Assembly (NCBI GenBank): GCA_942493145.1
Contig: OW818679.1
Coordinates: 1,623,552-1,687,551, forward strand
Reading direction: 5' to 3'
DNA length: 64,000 nt
Origin: an uncultured Bacillota bacterium
GTDB taxonomy: Bacteria > Bacillota > Clostridia > Acetivibrionales > DTU013
Shown here: piece after piece, positions 45,856 to 56,030 of the stretch
Layout of the letters: every line of letters starts with the position of its first letter
Numbering within the stretch: the first letter of the stretch is position 1
Program-made: the position numbers and the translations under genes
Notes under the pieces: model-generated
What the model was told of the DNA's origin: nothing
The model's database searches: none
What the model saw: only the letters and a program-made list of their open reading frames with translations

Positions 45856-47382
45856 ATGAATGTATTTATCATTGCGTTTGATTTAGGTACAGGGGGGAGT
45901 AAGGCATCCATCTATGATGTGGATGGGAACTGTTTATTCAGCCATTTCGAGTCATACAGCACATTTTTTCCTAATCAGGGATGGCATGAACAGAAGCCTG
46001 AGGACTGGTGGAAAGCTATAGTTGATGGAACCAGGTCGCTGATAGAAAAATCCGGAATTAAAAAAAATGAAATCAGGTATCTGGCTATTTCTGGTCATAG
46101 CATGGCGGTGGTTCCGGTCGATGAAAGCGGAACACTTCTAAAGAATACAGTGCCAATATGGTCGGATACAAGAGCAGTAAAACAATCTGACGAATTTTTT
46201 ACGCGGATAGATTATTCCGATTGGTATACTACGACTGGGAATGGTTTTTCAAAGGAATGCTATGCTGTTTTCAAAATGATGTGGTATAGGGAAAACGAGC
46301 CGGACCTTTATCGTAAAACGTATAAAATCCTTGGGACCAAGGACTATATCAATCTAAAATTGACGGGGAATTTCCTGACTGACAATTCCTACGCTTCTGG
46401 ATCAGGCGTCTACGATTTAAAAAAACGAGAATACAAAAAGGAATATATTGAAGCCAGTCTGCTGTCAAAAGACATTTTCCCTGAAATCGTTTCTTCGCAT
46501 ACTCCTGTAGGAACAATTTTACCTGAAATAGCCAACATTATGAATTTACCTGAAGGCCTTGTTGTAATGTCAGGCGGAGTTGATAATTCCTGTATGGCTT
46601 TGGGCGCGGGGAATCTGAAAGCAGGAAGGGTATACCTTTCTCTGGGGTCCTCGGCATGGATCGCAGTATCGTCTGAAAATCCGGTTATCGATAGTACCAT
46701 AAAGCCGTTTGTATTTGACCATGTAGTGCCGGGGCTGTATACTTCCGCTACATCGATATTTTCTGCAGGAAGTTCATTACGTTGGGTGAATGAAACCATT
46801 TGTCCTGCTTTCAAGGAAATGGCGTTATCAAATGACAGGGACGTATATGACCTTCTCGTAGAGTCAGCGATGAAGTCTCCTGTCGGCTCGAATGGAATAA
46901 TATTTAATCCCAGCCTGGCCGGTGCGCCGGCGGCATATCCCGGCAGGAATGTCAGGGGTGCCTTCCTGGGATTGGAATTGAGGCACTCAATATCCGATGT
47001 GATACGTGCAGTTCTGGAAGGAATAACACTTGACCTTTGCCTCATGCACAGGAAACTTGAAGATATCTGTGATATTGACAAGAATATAGTAATTGTTGGT
47101 GGAGGAAGTAAAAATAAAGCCTGGATACAGATGTTTGCCGATGTATTCGACCGTACTTTTACAAGGATAAATATTGAGCAGGATGCTGCTTCATTAGGTG
47201 CGGCTGCAATTGCGGCTGTTGGGTCGGGAATATGGAAGGATTACAGTGTTATTGAAAAGGTTATCAAAAGGGTAGAAAGCATAGAACCTATCGATGAAAA
47301 TGCAAAAGAATATTCTAAATTGTCAGTCGCTTATTCAAATACTCTCAAATATTTATCGGAAATCGGCAATATCATGACTTAA
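45856..47382 (+). CDS. FGGY-family carbohydrate kinase
   Basis: The N-terminus IIAFDLGTGGSKASIYD and C-terminal IVIVGGGSKNKAWIQMFADVF are FGGY N and C signatures. ATG at 45856 with RBS aaggtgga. Confidence 0.85.
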   Translation: MNVFIIAFDLGTGGSKASIYDVDGNCLFSHFESYSTFFPNQGWHEQKPEDWWKAIVDGTRSLIEKSGIKKNEIRYLAISGHSMAVVPVDESGTLLKNTVPIWSDTRAVKQSDEFFTRIDYSDWYTTTGNGFSKECYAVFKMMWYRENEPDLYRKTYKILGTKDYINLKLTGNFLTDNSYASGSGVYDLKKREYKKEYIEASLLSKDIFPEIVSSHTPVGTILPEIANIMNLPEGLVVMSGGVDNSCMALGAGNLKAGRVYLSLGSSAWIAVSSENPVIDSTIKPFVFDHVVPGLYTSATSIFSAGSSLRWVNETICPAFKEMALSNDRDVYDLLVESAMKSPVGSNGIIFNPSLAGAPAAYPGRNVRGAFLGLELRHSISDVIRAVLEGITLDLCLMHRKLEDICDIDKNIVIVGGGSKNKAWIQMFADVFDRTFTRINIEQDAASLGAAAIAAVGSGIWKDYSVIEKVIKRVESIEPIDENAKEYSKLSVAYSNTLKYLSEIGNIMT

Positions 47383-47403
47383 TGTCAAGAGTGGAGTGTC
47401 GGT

Positions 47404-48351
47404 ATGAAAATAATAAAACGAACAATATTAGAATCCGTAAGTGATCGAAAAACGAAAAAGATCATGTCGGATGGTGCTTATGGCACATTGTTGATTACTC
47501 CCGCTATGATTGTTTTGTTCTTTTTCGGATTATTTCCGTTGTTCTATGCCATCAACCTATCCCTGAGACATGTGGATTTAACGGCAGGACCAGCTGCTCC
47601 TTGGGAATTTGTAGGTTTTGATAATTTCAGGTATGCTTTGAATAACGGTGTTTTTTTTGATGCATCCATGCGTACACTTCTTTTCGCAGTTATATCAGTC
47701 GGGATTCAAATGGTTCTAGGAATTTATCTTGCATTCCTGATCAACAAGTTGAAATGGTTTAAAGGCATAATAAGGGCACTTTTCCTTTTGCCTCTTGCCT
47801 CAGCACCCGCTGCAGTAGGAATGATCTGGCGTTATTTGTATGATTCGGATTTCGGGGTTTTCAATGCAGCACTCAAGGCTATCGGGATGCAGCCGCTCAA
47901 CTGGCTGGGTGATAGTAAAGTTGCTTTATTCAGTATTATCATATTTGATGTTTGGCAATGGACACCGTTTATTTTACTTATAACCCTGGCTGGCCTTCAA
48001 TCATTGCCGCGAGAGCCTTTTGAGGCGGCAGAACTGGATGCGGCTTCTAAATTCAGGGTTTTGACTCGATTGACTTTTCCCTTACTGTCGCCTGTGCTGA
48101 CATTGATTTTCATTTTACGTTCAATTGATGCAGCCCGATTATATGACCCTATCGCCACAACGACCCGCGGTGGGCCTGGCTCGGCAACGGAAACCGTCAC
48201 ATATCTGCTTTACAGGGTAGGTCTTAAACAATTCCGTTTGGATCAGGCAAGTGCGATGGCATTGCTTATACTATTTGCAATTATTTTGTTTTCAGGATTT
48301 GTGTTACGCCGTCTTATGAAGGAACAAGCTAATCGGGCCAGATCCAAATAA
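47404..48351 (+). CDS. ABC transporter permease (CUT1, MalF-like)
   Basis: Six TM helices and the EAA loop (EPFEAAELDAASKFRVLTRLTFPLL). Confidence 0.85.
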   Translation: MKIIKRTILESVSDRKTKKIMSDGAYGTLLITPAMIVLFFFGLFPLFYAINLSLRHVDLTAGPAAPWEFVGFDNFRYALNNGVFFDASMRTLLFAVISVGIQMVLGIYLAFLINKLKWFKGIIRALFLLPLASAPAAVGMIWRYLYDSDFGVFNAALKAIGMQPLNWLGDSKVALFSIIIFDVWQWTPFILLITLAGLQSLPREPFEAAELDAASKFRVLTRLTFPLLSPVLTLIFILRSIDAARLYDPIATTTRGGPGSATETVTYLLYRVGLKQFRLDQASAMALLILFAIILFSGFVLRRLMKEQANRARSK

Positions 48352-48374
48352 TCGAATACAAGGAAGGTGTTGAA

Positions 48375-49232
48375 ATGCGTCCTCAAAAAGTTTCACCCAT
48401 GGATATCCTGAGAATGTCTATTGTTATTGCTATACTGATAGTGGCGCTTTTTCCAATCTATTGGATGATTGGAACATCTGTGAAACCTACGGAGCTTATT
48501 CTTAGGAATCCCCCGGTATTTTTCTATCAACCTACGTTTGAACACTATTTATACGCGTTTAATCAGGCTGATTTTACGCACTACATATTAAATACACTTA
48601 TCGTTGCGCTTGGTTCAACAGCAATTGTAATTGTATGTGGTTCGTTGGCATCCTACGCTTTTGCCAGATACAACATCGGAGGAGGAAACCTGATGTTCTT
48701 CATCCTGACTACCCGCATGATGCCTGCTATTGCAGTTGTCCTTCCTTTCTTTATAATATTCCGCACAGCTGGCAATACTGCAGTCGGGCAATTTTTCCAA
48801 TTGGGACTAGACAAACTCGGTACATTGATAGTGTCGTACACTATTTTCAATCTCCCATTTGCAATATGGCTGATGCACTCCTTTTTCCAGGATATACCTA
48901 CAGAATTGGAGGATTCCGCCCGACTGGACGGATTTACCCGTTTCAAAGTGTTTTTAAAAGTGGTTTTGCCGTTGGCAGCTCCAGGTATCGCCGTAACCGC
49001 TATCTTTTGCCTGTTATTCTCATGGAATGAGTACTTATTTGCATCAGTTCTTACACGCGATGCTGCAAAAACGATAACAGTCGGGGTAGGAGATTTCTGG
49101 ACGCAGCGTGGTATATTATGGGGGCCGTTATCGGCTGCAGCTACGGTATGTGTCGTACCTATGATAGTATTCGCGATGATATTGCAAAAGTGGATAGTCA
49201 GAGGTTTGACTTTCGGTGCTGTAAAAGGCTGA
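48375..49232 (+). CDS. ABC transporter permease (CUT1, MalG-like)
   Basis: Six TM helices and the EAA loop (ELEDSARLDGFTRFKVFLKVVLPLAAPG). Confidence 0.85.
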   Translation: MRPQKVSPMDILRMSIVIAILIVALFPIYWMIGTSVKPTELILRNPPVFFYQPTFEHYLYAFNQADFTHYILNTLIVALGSTAIVIVCGSLASYAFARYNIGGGNLMFFILTTRMMPAIAVVLPFFIIFRTAGNTAVGQFFQLGLDKLGTLIVSYTIFNLPFAIWLMHSFFQDIPTELEDSARLDGFTRFKVFLKVVLPLAAPGIAVTAIFCLLFSWNEYLFASVLTRDAAKTITVGVGDFWTQRGILWGPLSAAATVCVVPMIVFAMILQKWIVRGLTFGAVKG

Positions 49233-49255
49233 TAATGGAAAAAGGAGGTATGGAA

Positions 49256-49516
49256 ATGTCGATAGCAGAGATTTGGGACCGTTTTTGGTGGTCGTTGATG
49301 TTGACAGTATTTCTTGGTTTGGTTTGGCTTAAGTTTGTAGATCCAATATTTCCAAACATCATTGTTGGGATTATTGTTTCGTGTGCGATAGGTACAGCTT
49401 ACTTTATACGCGGCATCCGAAAGATATTGAAGATTAAAAGGCATGAAAAGGAAATTGAACAAAAGGCATATGAAGAGCTTGTCGCCGAGTTCGGGAAAGA
49501 GGGGGCTGTTCGGTGA
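49256..49516 (+). CDS. Small two-TM membrane protein embedded in the ABC operon
   Basis: 86 aa from the ATG at 49256 (RBS aaaggagg 7 nt upstream). Two hydrophobic helices are followed by a charged tail. It has a 4-nt overlap with the next gene. Confidence 0.5.
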   Translation: MSIAEIWDRFWWSLMLTVFLGLVWLKFVDPIFPNIIVGIIVSCAIGTAYFIRGIRKILKIKRHEKEIEQKAYEELVAEFGKEGAVR

Positions 49517-50625
49517 TTGAACTTAAAGGAGTAACAAAAAGATTTGGAGCCAATTTGGCCGTTAGAAATCTTTCATTTAAAAGTCAGGCACGTGAATTCG
49601 TAGTACTGTTTGGTCCGGCTGGTGCCGGCAAGTCAAGTACGCTCAATATGATAGCGGGTATTTCCGAACCGACCTATGGCGAGTTGCTTTTTAATGATAG
49701 ATCACTCAAGGGAGTTCCTCCGGAACGTAGAAATTTTTCTATGGCTTTTGAGAATTACGCGCTGTACTCGCATTTGACTAACTTTGAAAATCTTGCATTC
49801 CCTTTAAGGGCACGTAAGATGCCGGAGGGAGAAATAAAGCGTCAGGTACAAAAAATGGCAGAACTGCTGCATATTGAAGGGATGCTTGACCGCAAGCCGG
49901 GGTTCCTGAGTGGAGGACAGCGCCAGCGTGTTGCCCTGGGACGCTGCCTGATCAGGCAGGCGGATATCTATTTGCTTGACGAACCCATATCTCACCTTGA
50001 TGCACGTCTGAGAATCCAAATGCGGGCAGAGTTGAAAAACATCTGTCTTGAAAAGGAAGCCACAGTGCTTCATGTTACACATGATTATCGTGAAGCGATG
50101 GCATTAGCTGATCGTGTTGTTGTTCTGAATAAAGGCAGACTGATGCAGGACGCTTCCCCTGAAGAAGTATACAACAATCCGGCTAACGATTTTGTTGCTC
50201 AATTTGTCGGAGATCCACCAATGAGCTTCATCAAAGTGCAGCTTACTTCAAAAAACGACAAACCTGCATTCTGTTTGGATGAATCAGAAATAACGATAGC
50301 TGCGGAAGATGATTTCAATGCTGAGACAGCTGCAATTGCCAATAGTGCTGAAGAACTCAAAATCGGACTGCGTGCCAACAGAACATCGTTGTCCGGTATT
50401 GAAGATGAGCAACACAATGTTTCCGCTGATGTATATCTTGTGGAATCCCAAGGGCACAGGAAACTGGTGACAGTAAAATTCGGGAAAAGTCTGGTACAGG
50501 TCATCACTGTTCCTGAACAGGATTGGAAAGTGGGAGAACGTGTCTGGATAAGCGTACATTCAAAGTTCCTTCACGTTTTCGCAGAGGGAAAGGCGATATA
50601 CCACCCTGACATTCATACATTGTGA
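49513..50625 (+). CDS. ABC transporter ATP-binding protein (MalK/UgpC-like) 1
   Basis: Walker A GPAGAGKSS, signature LSGGQRQRVALGR, Walker B YLLDEPISHLD, H-loop VTHD, and a C-terminal regulatory/TOBE-like domain. GTG start. Confidence 0.85.
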   Translation: MIELKGVTKRFGANLAVRNLSFKSQAREFVVLFGPAGAGKSSTLNMIAGISEPTYGELLFNDRSLKGVPPERRNFSMAFENYALYSHLTNFENLAFPLRARKMPEGEIKRQVQKMAELLHIEGMLDRKPGFLSGGQRQRVALGRCLIRQADIYLLDEPISHLDARLRIQMRAELKNICLEKEATVLHVTHDYREAMALADRVVVLNKGRLMQDASPEEVYNNPANDFVAQFVGDPPMSFIKVQLTSKNDKPAFCLDESEITIAAEDDFNAETAAIANSAEELKIGLRANRTSLSGIEDEQHNVSADVYLVESQGHRKLVTVKFGKSLVQVITVPEQDWKVGERVWISVHSKFLHVFAEGKAIYHPDIHTL

Positions 50626-50655
50626 GAATGACTCGCATAAAGGAGGAACGTAGCA

Positions 50656-51747
50656 GTGGCGTCAATAATATTGAAGGATGTTGAAAAAAAGTACGGTAAA
50701 GTTAACGCAGTACGCGGTATTTCAATGGATATAGCAGATGGCGAATTCATAGCATTTCTGGGACCATCAGGTTGCGGGAAGACATCGACAATGAGGATGA
50801 TCGCTGGGTTGGAGGAAATAACCCATGGCGATATTCTCTTCAATGGCTCGTCAGTAATAGACAAAAGACCATCCGAGCGCAATGTCTCGATGGCATTTGA
50901 AAACTATGCCCTGTATCCTACGCTGACAGTATACGAAAACCTTGCATTCCCTCTCAAGTCTGCAGGAAAAAAGGGCGATGACATGGATAAACGTGTACGC
51001 GAAATTGCAGATGTTGTAGGAATCACGGATTTATTGGAGCGAAAACCAAATAAATTGAGCAGTGGGCAATCTCAAGCCGTTGGATTGGCACGCGCATTGA
51101 TTCGCAAGCCGAATGTGCTGTTGCTGGATGAGCCGATTTCACATCTGGACACCAGCCAGAGATTTCATATGCGTATGTATATCAAAAGGCTTCATATAGA
51201 TTTGGGTTATACGATGATTTTAGTAACACATGACCAGGAAGATGCGATGTCCATGGCGGACAGGGTAGCAGTCATGAGTGAAGGAAAGCTGAACCAGATT
51301 GCATCGCCGCGTGAGATTTATGATAACCCTGCCGATATCTTTGTCGCCAGCTTTATTGGCGATCTTCCGATGAATTTCCTTGAAGGCAGGGTTGTGAGGG
51401 AAAATGACAGAACATTTTTTCAGAATAATACAGCTAAGCTTGAGTTGCCGGAGAAACTTTCCGGCCAGAACCTTCCTGAGGAAGTAGTACTTGGTATCCG
51501 TGCTTATCATTTAAAGGTGGTACCGGTAGGAAGTGAAGAGGGGACAATACCCGCTGAGGTTTTCATAACCGAGTCGCTTGGGGATATGAATGTAGTCACG
51601 GTGAAGATCGGGGATGTCAAGTTTCAGGTTGTTATGCCTGTAAATTATAAAGCCAGTCCGCGTACTCCCGTATCTCTTTCAGTCGACCGATCACGGGTGC
51701 ATCTCTTTGATAATGCTTCGGGCAAGGCCATTAAGGGTTTTCAATGA
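50656..51747 (+). CDS. ABC transporter ATP-binding protein (MalK/UgpC-like) 2, degenerate signature motif
   Basis: Walker A GPSGCGKTS, signature LSSGQSQAVGLAR, Walker B LLLDEPISHLD, H-loop VTHD. GTG start with RBS aaggagg. Confidence 0.85.
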   Translation: MASIILKDVEKKYGKVNAVRGISMDIADGEFIAFLGPSGCGKTSTMRMIAGLEEITHGDILFNGSSVIDKRPSERNVSMAFENYALYPTLTVYENLAFPLKSAGKKGDDMDKRVREIADVVGITDLLERKPNKLSSGQSQAVGLARALIRKPNVLLLDEPISHLDTSQRFHMRMYIKRLHIDLGYTMILVTHDQEDAMSMADRVAVMSEGKLNQIASPREIYDNPADIFVASFIGDLPMNFLEGRVVRENDRTFFQNNTAKLELPEKLSGQNLPEEVVLGIRAYHLKVVPVGSEEGTIPAEVFITESLGDMNVVTVKIGDVKFQVVMPVNYKASPRTPVSLSVDRSRVHLFDNASGKAIKGFQ

Positions 51748-51792
51748 TCAGAAAATACAGTAGGGAAAATCCACATGAATGGAGTGGCAATT

Positions 51793-52464
51793 ATGTTAAC
51801 ACCAATTGAAGTTGCAAGAATGATTGATATCAGCGCTGTGCAAACTCATCATACATATTCGGATATAAAAGAAATTGTTGACTATGCGAAACAATACAGA
51901 TTTATCAATGTACACGTTTTGCCATCCTGGGTCAAGACCCTGTCCACGATGCTCAAAGATGTGGAAGGCGTCTTTGTCGGTGCGCCTGTCGGTTTCCCGT
52001 CTGGCGCGCATAAAACGGAAACAAAGCTGCTTGAGGCAAGACAGCTGATTGAAGACGGTGTTGAGGAAATGGACATTGTCATGAATGTAGGCATTTTTAA
52101 AAACAAGGAATACGAATTTGTTTCGAAAGAATTAAAAGAAATTGTCTCGTTGGCCGGCAGCCAGATACGGACAAAGGTTATTATTGAAATCAACTGCCTG
52201 ACGGACTATGAAATGGCGAAAGCATGCGAGCTGGTTGTCGGAAGCGGAGCTGATTTTATTAAGACTGGTACGGGTTGGATACCCGGCAATGCCAATATAC
52301 CGAGAATCAGACAAATGAAGAAATTGGTCAAGGATAGCATAAAGATCAAGGCTGCCGGTGGAATAAGAAACAGGAATGAGTTTATGGAGCTTTATGAATT
52401 AGGCGTTGAACGGTTTGGAATAAACAACCGGTCTGCAATTGAGATTATCAAATCCTTTGAATAG
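51793..52464 (+). CDS. Deoxyribose-phosphate aldolase (DeoC) family class I aldolase
   Basis: 223 aa. It has a DeoC-like pattern (IDISAV..., VGFPSGAH, DFIKTGTG, IKAAGGIR). Confidence 0.7.
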   Translation: MLTPIEVARMIDISAVQTHHTYSDIKEIVDYAKQYRFINVHVLPSWVKTLSTMLKDVEGVFVGAPVGFPSGAHKTETKLLEARQLIEDGVEEMDIVMNVGIFKNKEYEFVSKELKEIVSLAGSQIRTKVIIEINCLTDYEMAKACELVVGSGADFIKTGTGWIPGNANIPRIRQMKKLVKDSIKIKAAGGIRNRNEFMELYELGVERFGINNRSAIEIIKSFE

Positions 52465-52503
52465 GAAGACGTATTCTTGATGTATATTGAAGGGGTGAGT
52501 CAA

Positions 52504-53442
52504 ATGTCTAAAAAAATCCTTATTACGCCAAAGTCTTTTAAGGCATATAAGAACAAGGCATATGCAATCATAGAGGAACAAGGGTATGAAATAATAGAAA
52601 ACTCTACAGGAAGAACCTTGTCAGAAAACGAGATTGTTGATTTTGCAAAACAGGATGTTGTCGGGATTATTGTCGGGATTGATCCATTGCCTGCTTCGGT
52701 GCTTGAAAAATGCAAAGACTTGAAGGCGGTATCAAAGTATGGTGTCGGGATGGACAATATAGACATGGATAAGGCGAGGGAACTGGGCATATCTGTAAAT
52801 AATGCCGTCGGTACAAATAATGTTTCGGTAGCGGAATTGGCAATCGGACTCATGTTCACATTGTCACGCCATATAGTTCAATGCGCTGGCGAGGTAAAAA
52901 ACGGGATTTGGGAGAGGGTCATGGGCTTTGAGCTTACCGGTAAAAAGCTTGGATTGATAGGAGGAGGACAGATCGGCAAGGAGGTTGCAAAAAGGGCCAG
53001 AGGTCTGGAAATGGAAGTGACGATCTATGACCCATATTTTAATGATGAGTCTTTCCTGAAAAAGTATGATGTCAAAAAGATTGATGACCTGAACAGCCTT
53101 CTTTCCGAATCGGATGTGATATCATTGCATGCGCCTGTTACACCGGATACAAGGGGAATTATCAATGAGGCTTCACTTGGAAGAATGAAATCAAATGCAA
53201 TATTGATCAATACGTCCAGAGGAGAACTCGTTGATGAAGAGGCTTTGTACAATGCCTTAATAAATAAACGTATCGCAGGGGCAGGCCAGGACGTTTTTTC
53301 TAAAGAACCGCCAGGTAAAGAAGAGAAGCTTCTCAAACTTGACAATTTCATTTTGACCTCGCACATCGGCGCGTTTACGCATGAAGCGGTTGAAAAAATG
53401 GTGATGGTTTCTACTTATAACATGTTGGAAATGCTTCGCTAG
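52504..53442 (+). CDS. D-isomer-specific 2-hydroxyacid dehydrogenase family protein
   Basis: NAD motif GLIGGGQIGKEVA. Catalytic region INTSRGELVDEEAL ... SHIGAFT. Confidence 0.8.
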   Translation: MSKKILITPKSFKAYKNKAYAIIEEQGYEIIENSTGRTLSENEIVDFAKQDVVGIIVGIDPLPASVLEKCKDLKAVSKYGVGMDNIDMDKARELGISVNNAVGTNNVSVAELAIGLMFTLSRHIVQCAGEVKNGIWERVMGFELTGKKLGLIGGGQIGKEVAKRARGLEMEVTIYDPYFNDESFLKKYDVKKIDDLNSLLSESDVISLHAPVTPDTRGIINEASLGRMKSNAILINTSRGELVDEEALYNALINKRIAGAGQDVFSKEPPGKEEKLLKLDNFILTSHIGAFTHEAVEKMVMVSTYNMLEMLR

Positions 53443-53457
53443 AAAGCAGGAGCTCTC

Positions 53458-54435
53458 ATGATTCCAGATAACGAGAATTTGATAATGACAGTCAAATACT
53501 GCATTCACAATATAGATCTGGGTTTTTGCCACAGCCACGAGCACCTTTTTATTGAGGAGGGACAGTCGTCAAAAATGGTACCGTCTTTGAAACTGGATGA
53601 CTTCGATAAAACGGTAAAAGAGTTGAGTTTATACAAAGATAATGGAGGAACAAGCATTGTTGACGCGCAACCTGTAGGCTGCGGACGCATGGCGGATTAT
53701 CTATACCGTGCTTCTGTCGTAACAAATGTCAACATCATAGCTTCAACCGGGTTTCATAAACTTGTGTTTTATCCCCAGAACCATTGGGTACATGCAATGA
53801 ACGACCAGCAGCTGACTGATATCTTCATCAGTGAAATTGGGGATGGCATGTTTATCGGATGCGATACCGAATACCCCAGTGTCAGAATTCCTGCGAAAGC
53901 AGGTGTAATAAAAACAGCTTCCGATGTAAAAGGAATAACTGATGAATACATAAAGCTCTTTTCTTCTGCAGCTGAAGCCAGTAATAATACAGGAGTACCG
54001 ATTATGAGCCATACGGAAATGGGGAAGGCAGCGCTGGAACAGATTGAGTTTTACAACAATAAGGGTGTCAATGCCGCTTCCATCATACTGTGCCATATTG
54101 ACAGGAATTTAAAGGATTACGCCTATCTGCTCGAAATTGCACAAACTGGTGTATATTTGGAACTTGATACCATAGGGAGATTCAAATACCATTCAGATGA
54201 GGATGAAGCCGGGTTTATATTGAAGCTTGTTGAACACGGTCATGAAAATCAAATTCTGTTGGGACTGGATACGACCAGTGAACGTATGAAAAATTACGGG
54301 GCTGATCTGGGGCTTGATTATATAAAAAATGTCTTTATACCTTTATTGAAATCGTATGGATTGAAGGAACAGACAATTGATAAATTCACAATTCACAATC
54401 CGGCAAAAGCATTCACAATAAAGAATAAAAAATGA
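53458..54435 (+). CDS. Phosphotriesterase-related (PTER/Php) amidohydrolase-fold protein, probable lactonase
   Basis: The metal-binding HxH motif (CHSHEHLF) is near the N-terminus. Length and later His/Asp positions (SHTEMG, CHIDRN, LGLDT) fit the PTE family. Confidence 0.7.
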   Translation: MIPDNENLIMTVKYCIHNIDLGFCHSHEHLFIEEGQSSKMVPSLKLDDFDKTVKELSLYKDNGGTSIVDAQPVGCGRMADYLYRASVVTNVNIIASTGFHKLVFYPQNHWVHAMNDQQLTDIFISEIGDGMFIGCDTEYPSVRIPAKAGVIKTASDVKGITDEYIKLFSSAAEASNNTGVPIMSHTEMGKAALEQIEFYNNKGVNAASIILCHIDRNLKDYAYLLEIAQTGVYLELDTIGRFKYHSDEDEAGFILKLVEHGHENQILLGLDTTSERMKNYGADLGLDYIKNVFIPLLKSYGLKEQTIDKFTIHNPAKAFTIKNKK

Positions 54436-54448
54436 AAGAGGAATCATT

Positions 54449-55399
54449 ATGATTTTACCACCAAAAGCAACTCAACCGACTATATATTTTATAGGGGTCA
54501 CAACTTCCAGGTCTTCAATTATGAATGTTTTCCCAATTTGGGCTGAAGCTCTTGGACTTAAGGATGCCGTCATCAAAGGCATCGATCTTGAGATTCATGC
54601 CGACCCCTGTAGTTACAGGGAAGTTGTAGAATTCATAAAGAATGATGAATTATCGATGGGTGCTTTAGTTACCACGCATAAAATTGACCTTTACAACGCA
54701 GCTAAAGACATGTTTGAGTATCTTGACCCTTATGCGCTAATGTTCGGAGAATTATCTTCGATTTCAAAAAAAGATGGGAAACTGGAAGGATGCGCAAAGG
54801 ATCCCATCTCCAGCGGATTGGCACTGAAAGCATTTGTTCCCGACAATTACTGGAAGGCTCACGGTGGTGACGTATTCATCATGGGCGCAGGCGGCAGCGC
54901 AATTGCGATGAGCGCATATCTTCTGAACAGAGATAAAGGCAATAATTTGCCTTCCAGGCTTATTGTCGGCAACCGGAGCAAACCCAGGCTGGAGGAAATC
55001 AAAAGGATTGTTTCCCAAATAAAGCCGGGTTATCCTGCAGAATTCCATCTCACTCCCGAAGCCAGGCAAAATGATGCAATTCTTAAAGAACTTAAGCCTT
55101 ATTCGCTTATTATCAATGCAACAGGTCTTGGCAAGGACAGACCCGGGTCTCCGTTGACGGATGTGTGTGAATTCCCGGAAAACAGTCTGGTATGGGAGAT
55201 TAATTACAGGGGTGACTTGTTGTTCATGCATCAGGCTATAAAACAGAAAGAAATAAAAAACCTTCATCTAGAAGATGGGTGGATTTACTTTGTCCATGGC
55301 TGGACTCAGGTTATTGCTGAAGTGTTCCATATCGACATCACGGGCAAGACCTTCGATAAATGCGAAAAAATTGCAAACGAGTTAAGAAAGAATGGCTAG
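54449..55399 (+). CDS. Shikimate/quinate dehydrogenase-like (AroE-fold) NAD(P) oxidoreductase
   Basis: LVTTHK corresponds to NVTxPxK, CAKDP to the catalytic Asp region, IMGAGGSAIA to the Rossmann motif, and INATGLG to NaTsxGM. Confidence 0.6.
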   Translation: MILPPKATQPTIYFIGVTTSRSSIMNVFPIWAEALGLKDAVIKGIDLEIHADPCSYREVVEFIKNDELSMGALVTTHKIDLYNAAKDMFEYLDPYALMFGELSSISKKDGKLEGCAKDPISSGLALKAFVPDNYWKAHGGDVFIMGAGGSAIAMSAYLLNRDKGNNLPSRLIVGNRSKPRLEEIKRIVSQIKPGYPAEFHLTPEARQNDAILKELKPYSLIINATGLGKDRPGSPLTDVCEFPENSLVWEINYRGDLLFMHQAIKQKEIKNLHLEDGWIYFVHGWTQVIAEVFHIDITGKTFDKCEKIANELRKNG

Positions 55400-55409
55400 G
55401 AGGGAAGAT

Positions 55410-56000
55410 ATGGCTTCAATAGAAAACGATTTCAACTGGGAAAAGGCATTTACCATTTATTTCGACAAAGTCAGCGGAATGAGCGATAAAAGCAAGCCTA
55501 CCCGTCGTATGCTCTCAAACATGAAGGGGATGTATTTTGATGAAACTGCATATGAGAAAGCACTTAAGGTTGGAGATGCGCTGATATATGAATTCTACGA
55601 ATTGGGAGCGCCTGAAGACCCGGGAGACCTCGCCTTCGGTACAAGTATCACCTATCCCGGAAAAGTGGGAAATGAATTTTACATGACCAAAGGCCATTTC
55701 CATACAATTCTTGATACTGCGGAAGTTTATTACTGCCTCAGTGGTAGGGGAATCATGCTGATGGAAGATATGGAAGGAGATTGGGCCGCCAGGGAATTGA
55801 CGCCCGGGAATGCAGTTTATGTACCGAAGGGGTATGCCCATAGGAGTATCAATGTAGGCAATGAACCCTTTGTGACTTTCTTTGTCTTCAGAGGTGATGC
55901 AGGTCATGATTATGGGACTATTGAAACTAAAGGCTATCGTAAGTTAATTGTCGAAAATAACGGCAAAGTAGAAATAATTGATAATCCTAAATGGAAATAG
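55410..56000 (+). CDS. Cupin-type sugar-phosphate isomerase (archaeal cPGI-like glucose-6-phosphate isomerase family)
   Basis: TKGHFHTILDTAEVYYCLSG ... YVPKGYAHRSINVG is a cupin metal motif resembling Pyrococcus cPGI. ATG at 55410 with RBS ggaggg. Confidence 0.65.
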   Translation: MASIENDFNWEKAFTIYFDKVSGMSDKSKPTRRMLSNMKGMYFDETAYEKALKVGDALIYEFYELGAPEDPGDLAFGTSITYPGKVGNEFYMTKGHFHTILDTAEVYYCLSGRGIMLMEDMEGDWAARELTPGNAVYVPKGYAHRSINVGNEPFVTFFVFRGDAGHDYGTIETKGYRKLIVENNGKVEIIDNPKWK

Positions 56001-56030
56001 CATGATAAAAAAAGAAGGTAGAATAAAAAA

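Noticed and set aside
48653-49462. 269-aa minus-strand ORF, and the 131/132-aa + strand ORFs (48635..49030 and 49118..49516), overlapping the MalG-like permease gene
   Set aside because: They are shadow frames of a bona fide permease gene. Only the 3' part of 49118..49516, from the RBS-preceded ATG at 49256, lies outside the permease gene, and I kept that part as a small TM protein.
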